Assembly (NCBI GenBank): GCA_963827235.1
Contig: CAWHAE010000018.1
Coordinates: 192,001-256,000 of the forward strand
DNA: 64,000 bases
Direction of reading: 5' to 3'
Origin: an uncultured bacterium
Lineage (GTDB): Bacteria; Chloroflexota; UBA5177; JANWHV01
The notes under the pieces were generated by a model. The model was not told the DNA's origin, searched no databases, and saw only the letters and a list, made by a program, of their open reading frames with translations. This document shows, in pieces, positions 11,557 through 21,800 of the stretch. Within the stretch, counting starts at the first letter, position 1; every line of letters starts with the position of its first letter. A program made the position numbers and the translations under genes.

Positions 11557-13437
11557 ATGACCCGTTCAGATGGAATGCCCGTCGCACTCGGAGAGCTTGC
11601 CGAGCTCGAGGCCGGCACCCGGGGAACGACACGGCCGCGATCGCGTACGTTGCCTTCCTCGCAAACGCGGCCTGCCCGAGTCGGCAAAGGTACACCCGGG
11701 TTTCGTCCCTCTGCCCCCGGCATCGACCACGCTCCATCCTGGACGACTCGCTCAACCGTGCGCGTCGCTTCCAGGAGGCGGCTGGGCCTGCAGATTGGCC
11801 GGCAGGAGTGGCAACGTGCCCTGCCGCTGTGGTGGTGCGTGCTTCCCAACGTCTCGGCCTCGGGCCTTAGCCTGTTCATCGTCTGCGTCTGGTGCCTGGT
11901 GCCCGCGGATTGGCTGCGTGCCGGCCTCATCGTGGGCGCCCTTGCCCTGCTCGCGGCGGTGATCGTGCGGCAAGTCTCCAGTGCCAACGAGGCCTACGCC
12001 ACGTCGGTGGGCAACGCGGCCCTGCTGCAGGCGAATCAGGAGCTTGCAGCCATGAACAAGCACCTGCACCTGCTGGCCACCACCGATCCTCTCACCGGTC
12101 TCGGCAACCGCGCCATTCTCGAGGAAAGCAGCCTCTCGTCGCGTTCGAGCGGAGACGCTCGCTACGAAGCACTCCTGCTGCTCGACCTCGATCGGTTCAA
12201 GGACGTGAACGATACCCTGGGACACCGCTGCGGCGACCTGCTGCTCAAGCAGCTAGCCGCACGGCTGCTCGACGCCGTGGGCGGCACGGGCCGCGTGGCG
12301 CGCTTGGGTGGCGACGAGTTCGCCATCGTGCTGCCCGGCGCGGACCTGGAGCAGGCGACGGCCGTGGCGAGGCGCTGCAACGAAGCTCTTGATACCTCGT
12401 TCGCCATTGAGGGGCACAGCCTGCACGTGGGCGGCAGCATCGGCGTCGCCATCGCCCCCGACCACGGACGGGACATCAGCACGTTGCTGCGCTGCGCCGA
12501 CGTCGCCATGTACGTGGCCAAGCGCCGGCATTGCGGCTTCACCGTGTTCGACCCCAAGGACGACCGGCACAGCGCCCAGCGCCTGGCCCTGGCCGGCGCC
12601 TTGCAGCAGAGCATCGCCGCCAACCAGCTCTGCCTCCACTACCAGCCCGTCATGCATCTGCCGGGCGGCCTGACGCGCTCCGTGGAGGCTCTCGTGCGCT
12701 GGAACCATCCGGATTACGGCTTCCTTACTCCGGATCAGTTTGTCCCCCTGGCCGAACAGACCGGACTGATCGTGCCGCTGACGCGTTGGGCGATCGAGAC
12801 CGCCCTCTGGCAGTGCCGGGCCTGGCAGAAGGCCGGTCTCCCGGTGGGAGTGGCGGTCAACGTGTCCATGCGCAACCTGGAGGACGCGCGCCTGCCCGAA
12901 CTCGTGCAGGAGATGCTGCTGAAGACCGGCGTGGCGCCGCACCTGCTCACGCTGGAGATCACCGAGACCATGCTGATGTCCGACCCGCCCACGACCCACG
13001 CCATGCTGGAGCGCCTGCACCATCTGGGCGTTCGCCTTTCCATCGACGATTTCGGCACCGGGCATTCATCACTGGGCTATCTGAAGAGCCTGCCGGTGGA
13101 CGAGCTCAAGATCGATCAGGCGTTCGTGCTCAACCTGGCAGCCACGCACAGTGCACCAGCGGCCAAGGACAGGATGATCGTGCGCTCGGTCATCGCCCTG
13201 GCCCACGCCTTGCGCCTCGAGGTGGTGGCGGAGGGTGTGGAGACAAAGCCGGCATGGGAGCTGCTGTCGGCCTTCCGCTGCGATGCGGCTCAGGGCTTCT
13301 TCATCAGCAAGCCGCTGCCTGCCGCGGAGCTGGAGACGTGGCTGCGCATCGTCTCCAGCTCCGCCGCTACCGCCGCTACCGCCGGCAGCGAGTGCCCCGT
13401 GGCGACCGCGCCCGCGCGCACCTCCGCGGCCGGCTGA
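11557..13437 (+). CDS. Membrane-associated diguanylate cyclase/phosphodiesterase (GGDEF-EAL); start uncertain
   Basis: Two TM helices; DPLTGL, DLDRFKDVND, RLGGDEF; EAL, DDFGTGHSS, ELKIDQ, EGVE all intact; no RxxD I-site. Confidence 0.92.
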   Translation: MTRSDGMPVALGELAELEAGTRGTTRPRSRTLPSSQTRPARVGKGTPGFRPSAPGIDHAPSWTTRSTVRVASRRRLGLQIGRQEWQRALPLWWCVLPNVSASGLSLFIVCVWCLVPADWLRAGLIVGALALLAAVIVRQVSSANEAYATSVGNAALLQANQELAAMNKHLHLLATTDPLTGLGNRAILEESSLSSRSSGDARYEALLLLDLDRFKDVNDTLGHRCGDLLLKQLAARLLDAVGGTGRVARLGGDEFAIVLPGADLEQATAVARRCNEALDTSFAIEGHSLHVGGSIGVAIAPDHGRDISTLLRCADVAMYVAKRRHCGFTVFDPKDDRHSAQRLALAGALQQSIAANQLCLHYQPVMHLPGGLTRSVEALVRWNHPDYGFLTPDQFVPLAEQTGLIVPLTRWAIETALWQCRAWQKAGLPVGVAVNVSMRNLEDARLPELVQEMLLKTGVAPHLLTLEITETMLMSDPPTTHAMLERLHHLGVRLSIDDFGTGHSSLGYLKSLPVDELKIDQAFVLNLAATHSAPAAKDRMIVRSVIALAHALRLEVVAEGVETKPAWELLSAFRCDAAQGFFISKPLPAAELETWLRIVSSSAATAATAGSECPVATAPARTSAAG

Positions 13438-13460
13438 CGGGCCCGCGGTCCGCCATCGGC

Positions 13461-14543
13461 TCAGACGACCTCGAGCGCGTCGGGCTCCATTACCGCTGGA
13501 TGGCCGACCGAGGTCTCCTTCTGGTACCAGAACGCGGTCGATGCGATGTCGTCCTGCAGCGCGAGATAGCGCCCGCCCGAGCGCCAACCCAGCCCCTGGA
13601 TGCTGACTCGAATGCCAGAGGCGAATCGAATGGGATCCATGATGTGCCAGCGGTACATGCCGAACCGCTGCTGGCTGCGATAGAGCCCGTCGGGTCGCAT
13701 CACCTGGCTGAGACCCATGTACGGCGTGCTGAACGGCACGTAGCCCTGCCCGGGCACCTCGAAATCCCAGGCACCGCCGAAATAGTCTTCAGTGCCGGTG
13801 CCGCAGATCGTCGGGTACTCCACGTCGCCGTCGAGATAGAATTTGATCTCGCCTTCGCCCCACCAGCCGGAGTTGTTGACTCCCCAGGCAATGTAAGTGC
13901 CCACGTAATGGCCGCTGCCGCTCACGCCGTCCAGAAGCGTGTGCACCTCCTTGTAGGGCAATGGGTTGCTTCGCCGCCATTGCGCGTGGAAGTAGGCCGC
14001 CTGGTCGGGAACCGCGGTCTCCGTATAGGTGATCTGAAAATACACCACGATGGGCTCGTCGGCCAGGCTCTCGATGGTCACTCGGGCGCCGCGCCGATAG
14101 GGCATCGGCCAGAAGCTATTGCAGCCTCCGTGGGGATTGACCGCGATCGGCTGGGAAGCCACGTGGCTGTACTCGCACCAACCGTTGCAGAAGAAGTCGC
14201 CCAGGGGAGTCTGTACTGCCGGCCGCTCGTCGCTATCCCAGTACATGCGCAGCACGAGGCGCCGCCAGTTCCGCGGGTCCGTAGTGATCCAGATGTGCTG
14301 GATGGCGCCGGCGCCCGTGACGTCCGCCAGCACGGCGGTCTGTCGCGGTGCGATGGCAATGCTCGGCGACACCTTCCAGCCCCGGCCAAGGTCCCGAGCC
14401 GCCCGTGCGCCGGTGCCCTCCACGGCCATGCCGCCTTTGCCTTTTGCTCCGGTAGGATTCTCCGCGCTGATCGAACGGGTTTGCGCCGTCGACAGATAAG
14501 CCACGTTGCCCAAGCCCATGCCGAGGCCTGCGAAGTCAACCAT
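13461..14543 (-). CDS. Glycoside hydrolase family 172 (DUF2961)
   Basis: RSISAENPTGAKG, IQHIW, PLGDFF, WWGEGEIKFYLDGD, GTGTEDYF, YRWHIMDPI motifs; AAGGAAGG RBS. Confidence 0.9.
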   Translation of the reverse strand: MVDFAGLGMGLGNVAYLSTAQTRSISAENPTGAKGKGGMAVEGTGARAARDLGRGWKVSPSIAIAPRQTAVLADVTGAGAIQHIWITTDPRNWRRLVLRMYWDSDERPAVQTPLGDFFCNGWCEYSHVASQPIAVNPHGGCNSFWPMPYRRGARVTIESLADEPIVVYFQITYTETAVPDQAAYFHAQWRRSNPLPYKEVHTLLDGVSGSGHYVGTYIAWGVNNSGWWGEGEIKFYLDGDVEYPTICGTGTEDYFGGAWDFEVPGQGYVPFSTPYMGLSQVMRPDGLYRSQQRFGMYRWHIMDPIRFASGIRVSIQGLGWRSGGRYLALQDDIASTAFWYQKETSVGHPAVMEPDALEVV

Positions 14544-15146
14544 GTGCCTGTACCTTCCTTACAGTCCAAAATGCGACATATCGACGCCCTCATCAACGTA
14601 CACCACAGGAGAGCGGCCGCGGTCGATCTCCAGTTGAGCTGTGGCCGGCCGCACTCGGCGCACAGCCACTCCGTTACCGCGGCCAGGGCACCGCCGATAG
14701 CCAGCCCTGCCGGCCGTAACGCCTTGCCTCTGCCGGACCGGTCCGCACACGCCGGGGTCTATTGGGCAGCGCTTCGTCCTCGGTCCCGGACGCGATGGCC
14801 GGAAGCCCCGCCGTTGCCGGCCGGCAAGGCCGTGTACCAGCTATGTCCGGCGGCGTACCTGAGAGATGTGATCCACGGCTTCGGTCCGCCGACCCAGGTG
14901 CCGTGGTCATCCCGGCCACCGGTGGATCTACCCGGCATGGATCCCATCGCCGCGAGACAACAAGCCGCTGCGTCACGAGGCCCAGGCGGACCCTGTCGCC
15001 GAGAGTCCGGCCGCGACACCGGGCATGGTACGCTGAAGGCACAGGCGTCTGCCGGCGGTTGTGTGGCGATGAGCCGCCCGGCCTCGCCCGACGGGAGTGC
15101 CATGTGGTGCGGAATCGGCAGAGGCAGGCTGCGGCCTGACGCCTCA

Positions 15147-15593
15147 ATGGACCCGGGCCGGGCGGCCTGCGCCGGCGTCGTCGCGGCATTCGCCTATCTA
15201 CTGACCATGTACGCGGACATGGCGATCACGCGATCGCCTTCCGATGACTTGCTGATGCTGGGTGGGCCCATCACGGCAGACCGGCGCCTCGCGCGCCTCG
15301 CCGGTCTGCCTCTGCACACGGGCTTCGGTGCCTTCGTCGGCCTGGTGTACGCCGGCTACGGCTATCGCCACTTGCGCGGCCCGGATTGGCTGCGCGGCAT
15401 CACCATGATGGCGATCGAGAACACCGTGCTCTGGCCCACGGCCATTCTCGCCGACCGGTTTCACCCGTCGATGCGCTCTGGAGAACTGCCGCGCCTCAAT
15501 GCGCCGGTACCGTTCGCCCAGCAACTGGCGCGGCACGCCGCCTTCGGCGTAGTTCTGGGCATGCTCTACGGCAAGGGCAGGCAGACGGCCTAG
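15147..15593 (+). CDS. Small integral membrane protein, function unknown
   Basis: 3' end of the long spurious ORF 12531-15593; four hydrophobic segments with His residues (LHTGFG, RHAAFGVVLG); start chosen at ATG 15147. Confidence 0.65.
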   Translation: MDPGRAACAGVVAAFAYLLTMYADMAITRSPSDDLLMLGGPITADRRLARLAGLPLHTGFGAFVGLVYAGYGYRHLRGPDWLRGITMMAIENTVLWPTAILADRFHPSMRSGELPRLNAPVPFAQQLARHAAFGVVLGMLYGKGRQTA

Positions 15594-15637
15594 CCCCGTC
15601 CGTTCGGCTGCAACCGGAGGTCCATCGCCCCGAGCGC

Positions 15638-16765
15638 CTAGAGCGCCAGCGTGGCCGTGACTGAGTAGATCGGCGGCAGGTAGTCGGCGATCAGATCCCA
15701 GTTCTCGCCCCTATCGGCGCTGGCAAACAGCTGGCCGGTCTTGGTGCCGACGTACACACCGCAGGGATCCTCGGTGTCCGTGCACATGGCGTGCCTGAGC
15801 ACGCCGAGCCGGACGCCAGTACCGCGCGGCAGCCCGCCGGTCAGCGGGCGCCACTCGTTCCCGCCGTCGGTTGAACGGTAGACGGCGAACTGGTCACCAA
15901 CGTTGTGACGGCCGAGCGGCTCCTGGCTGTGCGTGCCGAAGCGCTCGACGATCACGAAGACCGTGTCCGGATTGTGGCTGTCGAGGGCAAAGGGGAAACC
16001 GAAGTCGGACGGCAGCTCGCCGGTGATCTCCTGCCACTGCTCGCCCGCACTGTCGCTGCGATAGACGCCGCAGTGATTCTGCTGGTACAGCGTATCGGGC
16101 CGCGTCGGGTGCTGGAGCAGACGGTGCACACACTGGCCGAATTCGGGGTATCGCTCGGGAGAGAACTCCGCTCGCACGCCCCTGTTCTTGAACGACCAGG
16201 ACTCTCCGCCGTCGTCGGTCTGCAGGCAGCCCACCGCCGAGATCGCTACCCACATTCGCTCCGGACGTGAGTGGTCGGGCACGATCGAGTGCAGGCAGAG
16301 GCCCCCGGCGCCCGGATTCCACTGCTCTCGGGTAGGATGGTTCTCCAGCCCCTGCACCAGCTCCCAGGTGGCGCCGTTGTCGTCGGAACGCCACAGGCTG
16401 GCCGGGTCCACGCCCGCGAACACAGTGCCCGGCTGGTCGGCCCGTCCGGGTACGATCACCCAGACATTGTTCAGCTTTCGGCCCGAGTCGGCCGGGAACT
16501 GCAGCCCGGTGGCTGGCTCGGACCATGTTCGACCGTAGTCATCGCTGTAGCGCAGGTGAGCTCCGAAGAAGTCGCCGTTGTCGGCAGCAAACAGCCTTGC
16601 AGCATTCCGTTGGTCGAGCACGGCGTTGAACACTCGCGTGCCTTGCAGCCCCGTCGCCTCCAGGGTCCACGCCTTGCGATCGCCGGAGCTCAGGGCAAAC
16701 AGTCCGTTCTTCGTCCCCACCAGCAGCACATGCGGCCCTCCGGCGAATGGTTGTGTCTTTGCCAC
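15638..16765 (-). CDS. BNR/Asp-box beta-propeller (sialidase-like fold) protein of the family paired with MoaD/ThiS
   Basis: LLVGTKNGLF; repeated S.D.G.TW Asp-boxes; GGLCLHSI, GQCVHRL, QQNHCGVY; GGAGG RBS before GTG 16765. Confidence 0.88.
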   Translation of the reverse strand: MAKTQPFAGGPHVLLVGTKNGLFALSSGDRKAWTLEATGLQGTRVFNAVLDQRNAARLFAADNGDFFGAHLRYSDDYGRTWSEPATGLQFPADSGRKLNNVWVIVPGRADQPGTVFAGVDPASLWRSDDNGATWELVQGLENHPTREQWNPGAGGLCLHSIVPDHSRPERMWVAISAVGCLQTDDGGESWSFKNRGVRAEFSPERYPEFGQCVHRLLQHPTRPDTLYQQNHCGVYRSDSAGEQWQEITGELPSDFGFPFALDSHNPDTVFVIVERFGTHSQEPLGRHNVGDQFAVYRSTDGGNEWRPLTGGLPRGTGVRLGVLRHAMCTDTEDPCGVYVGTKTGQLFASADRGENWDLIADYLPPIYSVTATLAL

Positions 16766-16850
16766 CGCGCTCCACCTCCATCTAGACTTGTCCGCCAACC
16801 GTTTGATCGTGCTGGAACAGGCTCGGCAGTAGTCGGTGCTGGCCGGCCGA

Positions 16851-17135
16851 TCAGCCGCCGGCAACCGATCGCAGGACGCTCAGGGTGGTGTTTCCGGCCA
16901 CGGTCGTGTCCAACCCCTGGAGATCCCGTATGTTCTCGGTGCCCACGAAGATATTGACGTACGGCCGGAGCTCACCCGTCTCGTGACAGAGACCGAACCC
17001 CATGCCGGGCACGGCCGCATCGAGCTCGGCGATGATCTGCCGCACCGTGCCCGGCCTCACTGCCACGCGATGGGGATAGCCCGACAGCGCCCCCATCGAG
17101 CGCGGCAACACGACCATCACGCTCTCGTTTTTCAC
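16851..17135 (-). CDS. MoaD/ThiS family ubiquitin-like protein
   Basis: ELRPYVNIFV, GLDT and C-terminal VAGG-stop; start GTG 17135 is approximate. Confidence 0.88.
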   Translation of the reverse strand: MKNESVMVVLPRSMGALSGYPHRVAVRPGTVRQIIAELDAAVPGMGFGLCHETGELRPYVNIFVGTENIRDLQGLDTTVAGNTTLSVLRSVAGG

Positions 17136-17304
17136 CGCATCCCCACCCCGACCATCCGGCGAGTCACGCCGGAGCTGCACGACGCCTGCCGCCGTTCATG
17201 GCACACTCATGCCGCTGCCGCGCCGGCAATCGCCCACGGCTACGCCATGCCTACCCATCACACGCTAGGGCAGACAACCGGATGGTGCAAGTACGTTCTG
17301 CGGA

Positions 17305-18282
17305 TCAGCCGCCCTGCGCGGCAAGAAAGGCGCTTGCCTCGGCAAGCGTGGGCAGGGCTGGAATGGCGCCAAGCTTCGTGCAGGTGAGCGCGCCGACGGC
17401 CGTGGCAAAACGAAGCGCGGCGCCCACCGTCTCCCGGGGCACGCGCCGCAGCGATCCCAACTTCTCGCGCTCCGGTAGCAGATGCGTGATCATCGCCGCC
17501 ATGAAGCCATCTCCGGCGCCTGTCGTCTCCACCACCTCGACGGGGAACGACGGCACCTCGATCCTGTAGTCGCTGGTAGCGGCAAGGGCGCCGAGAGGCC
17601 CGCGGCTGATCACCAGCAGCTCTACCCCACGCCCCAATACGGCGTCAATGCCGGAATCCAGATCCTGGTGGCCGGTCGCCACCTCCCATTCCTCCTGGCT
17701 GACCTTGGCCAGGTGCGCGTACTTGAAAGAATCCTGAATCACCAGGCGCGCGCGATCCTCGGAGGGCCACAGCGTTGGCCGGTAGTTCGGGTCGTAGGTG
17801 ATCATCAGGCCGCGAGCGCGAGCCATCTCCAGGGCCGCACGTTGCGCGGACGCAGACGGCTCCTCGATGAAGCTGATGGATCCGAAATGGAAGGCACGAG
17901 CCTGATCGAACAGGCGTTCGTCGATTTCCTCTGGACGCAGCATCATGTCGGCACCCGGGTTGCGGAAGAAGCAGAGGTCCTTGTGGCCATCATCCCAGAC
18001 CGCCACGAAGACGGCCGTGGTGCGAGTATGGGAGTCGCTGGCCAGGTATCGAACGTCCACGCGGTCGGCCGACAGCGCGTCACGGAGGAAGCGGCCGAAC
18101 GGGTCGGCACCCACTTTGCCGACGAAAGCCGCCGGCCTACCCAGCCGCTGCAGGGCTACCGAAACGTTTGCCGGCGCTCCTCCCGGCGCCTTGACGAAGC
18201 TCCCCGCGTTCTCCAGGGAGACGTTCGCCTCCCGGGCAACGAACTCCGTCAGCAGCTCACCCATGCAGATCACGTCGGCCAT
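17305..18282 (-). CDS. PfkB family carbohydrate kinase (fructokinase-like)
   Basis: GGAPANV, DPFG, YDPNYRPTLW, ETTGAGDGF signatures. Confidence 0.93.
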   Translation of the reverse strand: MADVICMGELLTEFVAREANVSLENAGSFVKAPGGAPANVSVALQRLGRPAAFVGKVGADPFGRFLRDALSADRVDVRYLASDSHTRTTAVFVAVWDDGHKDLCFFRNPGADMMLRPEEIDERLFDQARAFHFGSISFIEEPSASAQRAALEMARARGLMITYDPNYRPTLWPSEDRARLVIQDSFKYAHLAKVSQEEWEVATGHQDLDSGIDAVLGRGVELLVISRGPLGALAATSDYRIEVPSFPVEVVETTGAGDGFMAAMITHLLPEREKLGSLRRVPRETVGAALRFATAVGALTCTKLGAIPALPTLAEASAFLAAQGG

Positions 18283-18847
18283 GCTTCTTCCCTCTCCCAG
18301 TGCGTCGACTTGCTGCCGCCGGCACTTGCCACCCGAGACGACCGCGTCCGCGCCCGTCCACGCGCGGAGCGTTCCGGCTCGCCCGGCTGGCGCTTGCGAC
18401 GGCGGTCCGATCGGACCTCTCCGAGAATCCGGCAGTTGGCGAGGTCAGTATAACGCACCCTGTCGCGGCTGCAAGGCGCCCGCGGCCCTGATAGGCAGCC
18501 AAGACGCGGGTGAGCGGCGGCCTCCGCATCGCCGCGTCGAGTCGTCGCATCACGAGTTGCACTGGCGCCCCCGATGCCCGGTACGTCGGGGTATCGCAGC
18601 CTTAGCGGACTTAGCAGTCAAGCCATGGTAGTATCTGACTATAGTGGGGCCACGACGGAATCTTACACACCGCGACGATGCCCCGGGATGCATCCCGTGG
18701 TTGCTCACGGCCCGCCAAGTGCGGAATTCGTTCTGCCCGTGCGTGTTTCACCGTGGCTTGAGCATAGGGCCGGCGATCGAGCCCTGCCGGAGCGGCCGGC
18801 GGGCTGCCTGCCCGTGCCGGGAGCGGGAGTGCAGCGGTGCGTAGGGC

Positions 18848-21800
18848 ATGAACGAGTCGCGCTTCGACGTCTTCCTCTCCCACAATAGCCGAGACAAGCC
18901 GGCGGTCGAGCGTCTGGCCGTCAAGCTCAAGACCGCCGGGCTGGAGCCCTGGCTGGACGCCTGGTGTCTGACCCCCGGCGGCCGCTGGCAGGAGGAGTTG
19001 GTCGCTGGCCTGCGCGACTGCGCTGCCTGCGCCGTCTTCGTCGGACCTCACGGCCTGGGCGACTGGGTCCACGAGGAGCTGGGCGTCGCGCTCGACCGCG
19101 CGGCAAAGGACCGCTCTTTCCGCCTCTTCCTCGTCCTCCTTCCCGGCCTCGCCGAGCCGTTCGACGCCACCACTCTGCCGCCGTTCCTCAGCACACGCAC
19201 CTGGGTCGATCTGCGCCCGGGCATCGAGGATGGGCGGGCGTTCCAGCACCTGGTGAACGCGATCAAGGGCGTGCCCTTCGGCCAGCGAGTGCCCTCCGAG
19301 CCGAACACCGACGTGTGCCCCTACCGCGGCCTGCAGACCTTCGACGAGGAGCATGCCGGGAACTTCTTCGGCCGCGACAACGACGTGCAACGGCTCGTGG
19401 AGAAACTGAAGATCTCTCACTTCCTGGCAGTGCTGGGTCCCTCCGGCAGCGGAAAGTCGTCCCTGGTTCGCGCCGGGCTGATTCCCGCCCTCAGACGTGG
19501 CGCGCTGCCCGGCAGCGACGACTGGCCGCTGTGCGTCTTCGCGCCCGGCGCCTATCCGCTTACCGCCCTGGTCGCCCAGGTCTCGCGTCTTTTCGAGCAC
19601 ACGTCGATGCACCGCACGCTGGACGAGATGGACGCCGACGCACGGACGCTGCACCTGTCGGCCGCGCTGGCCCTGAGCGACCGCCCTGCCGGTACTCGGG
19701 TCGTGCTGCTGGTCGACCAATTCGAGGAGATCTTCTCGCTGTGTACCGACGAGCGCGAGCGCGCACAGTTCCTTGCCAATCTGCTCTATGCAGCGTCCGT
19801 GCCGGACGGACGCTGCATCGTGCTCGTCACGCTGCGCGCCGACTTCTATCCGAAGTGCTCGGCCTACCCGGATCTCTCGGCGCGTATCTCGGCGCAGCAG
19901 TTCCTGGTCAGCCCGCTGGAGCCCGACGGCCTGCGCCGCGTGATCGAGGAGCCGGCCTGGCACGCCGGCCTGGAGTTTGAGCAGGGCCTCGTCGACACTA
20001 TCCTGGCAGACGTGGCCCGCCAGCCGGGTGCCCTTCCCCTGCTGGAGCACGCGCTGCTCGAGCTGTGGGAGCGCCGGCTCGGGCGCATGCTGACTCTCGA
20101 AGGCTACAGGCAGAGCGGCGGCGTGCAAGGTGCGATCGCCAAGCGTGCCGATACCATCTTCGGCTCGTTCACTCCCGATCAACAAGCCGTCGCACGGCGG
20201 ACCCTGCTGCGCCTGACCCAACCCGGCGAGGGCACCGAGGACACCCGGCGTCGCGCCGCGCTCGACGAGCTGGTGACGCGTACGCAAACAGGTGCCTCCG
20301 TGGATACCGTGATCCAGGCCATGGTGGAGGCTCGCCTGCTCACCACCAGCGAAGACGAGCCCACGCACCGGCACATGGTCGAAGTCTCGCACGAGGCGCT
20401 CATACGCGGCTGGCCGCAACTGCGTTCTTGGATCGAGGAAGACCGCAACGGGCTCAGAGTGCAGCGGCATCTGACCGAAGCGGCACTCGAATGGGAGCGC
20501 CTGGAGCGAGACGACGGAGCACTCCACAGGGGCGCGCGCCTGGCAACCGCGTTGGAGTGGCGGGCGCAGCACGAGGACAGCCTCAACGAACTGGAGCGCG
20601 CCTTCCTGGATGCCGGCCTGAGCTTGAAGGAGCGCGAGGAGGCGGCGGAGCGCGAGCGGCAGCGGCGCGATCTGGAGGCTGCACAACGCCTTGCCGCTTC
20701 GGAAAGCCGGCGCGCCCGCGTGGCACGGTTGTTCTCGCTGGGGCTGGCCGTCGTCGTCGTGTGCGCACTCGTCGCCGCCCTCGTGGCCATCCAGCAACGC
20801 AGCGACGCGCGGAACGCCCAGCAGCGAGCCACGACGGCGCAGCTACTGGCCGAGCAGCAGCGGAACCAGGCGCAGGCAGCCAGAAACGTGGCCCTGTCGC
20901 GCGAGCTGGCCGCAGATTCGCTGGCTCAGCTCAACGTCGACCCACAGCTCAGCCTGCTGCTGGCAAGTGCCGCGGAGCGAACGGCCGCTACCGCCGAAGC
21001 TACCGACGCCCTGCGGCTCGCGATTGGGCAGCCGTATCCGCGCGAGGTGCTACGCGGGCACGCTGCCGCCATCCGGCAGGCCGTGTACAGCTCTGATGGG
21101 CGCTACGTGGCGACTGCTGCCGACGATCACACTGCCCGCCTGTTCGATGCACAAACGGGTGCCGTCCTGGAGGTGCTGCGCGGCCACGGCGCGGCCGTGA
21201 CCGCAGTGGCCTTCAACCACGGAGGCACCGAGCTGGCTACCACCAGCGCCGACCATACCGCGAGGCTGTGGGCCGTACCGTCCGGCCGCCTGATCGCCGT
21301 GCTGCGCGGCGATACCGACGAGGTCGTGTCGGCCGCCTTCAGCCCGGACGACCGTGCCCTGGTCACGGCGAGCAGCGACGACACGGCACGCGTTTGGGAT
21401 GCGCGGACCGGCGCGCTGCTGCACCTGTTGTCCGGGCATACCGATCAGCTCTGGACGGCGGTCTATAGTCCCAATGGCCGGTACATCGCCACGGCCAGCG
21501 ACGACACGACCGCGCGCCTCTGGGACGCTGCCACCGGTCGTCTCGTGAGCACGCTCGCCGGGCACACGGACGACGTGGACGACGTGACCTTCAGCCCCGA
21601 CGGCAAGTACCTGGCGACCGCGAGCTGGGACAAGACGGCCCGCGTGTGGGCGGTGCCGGGCGGCCGGCCCGTCGCCATCCTCAAAGGCGCTATCAGCGAC
21701 GTCAACTCCGTGGCATTCAGCCCGGATGGCGTCGACGTGCTTACCGCCGGCCAGGACGGCGCGGCACGCGTCTACGATGCCAGGTCGGGCAGTATCGTGG

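Noticed and set aside
11320-11590. Partial resemblance to c-di-GMP-I (GAAA loop) or TPP (GGGG..CTGAG..ACCC) riboswitches upstream of the GGDEF-EAL gene
   Set aside because: Key conserved elements (GGCAAA/GACGCAAAG; ACCTGAT...AGGGA) are missing
12531-15146. 1020-aa ORF 12531-15593
   Set aside because: Shadow frame of the GGDEF-EAL gene and antisense to GH172; only the last ~148 codons look like a real membrane protein
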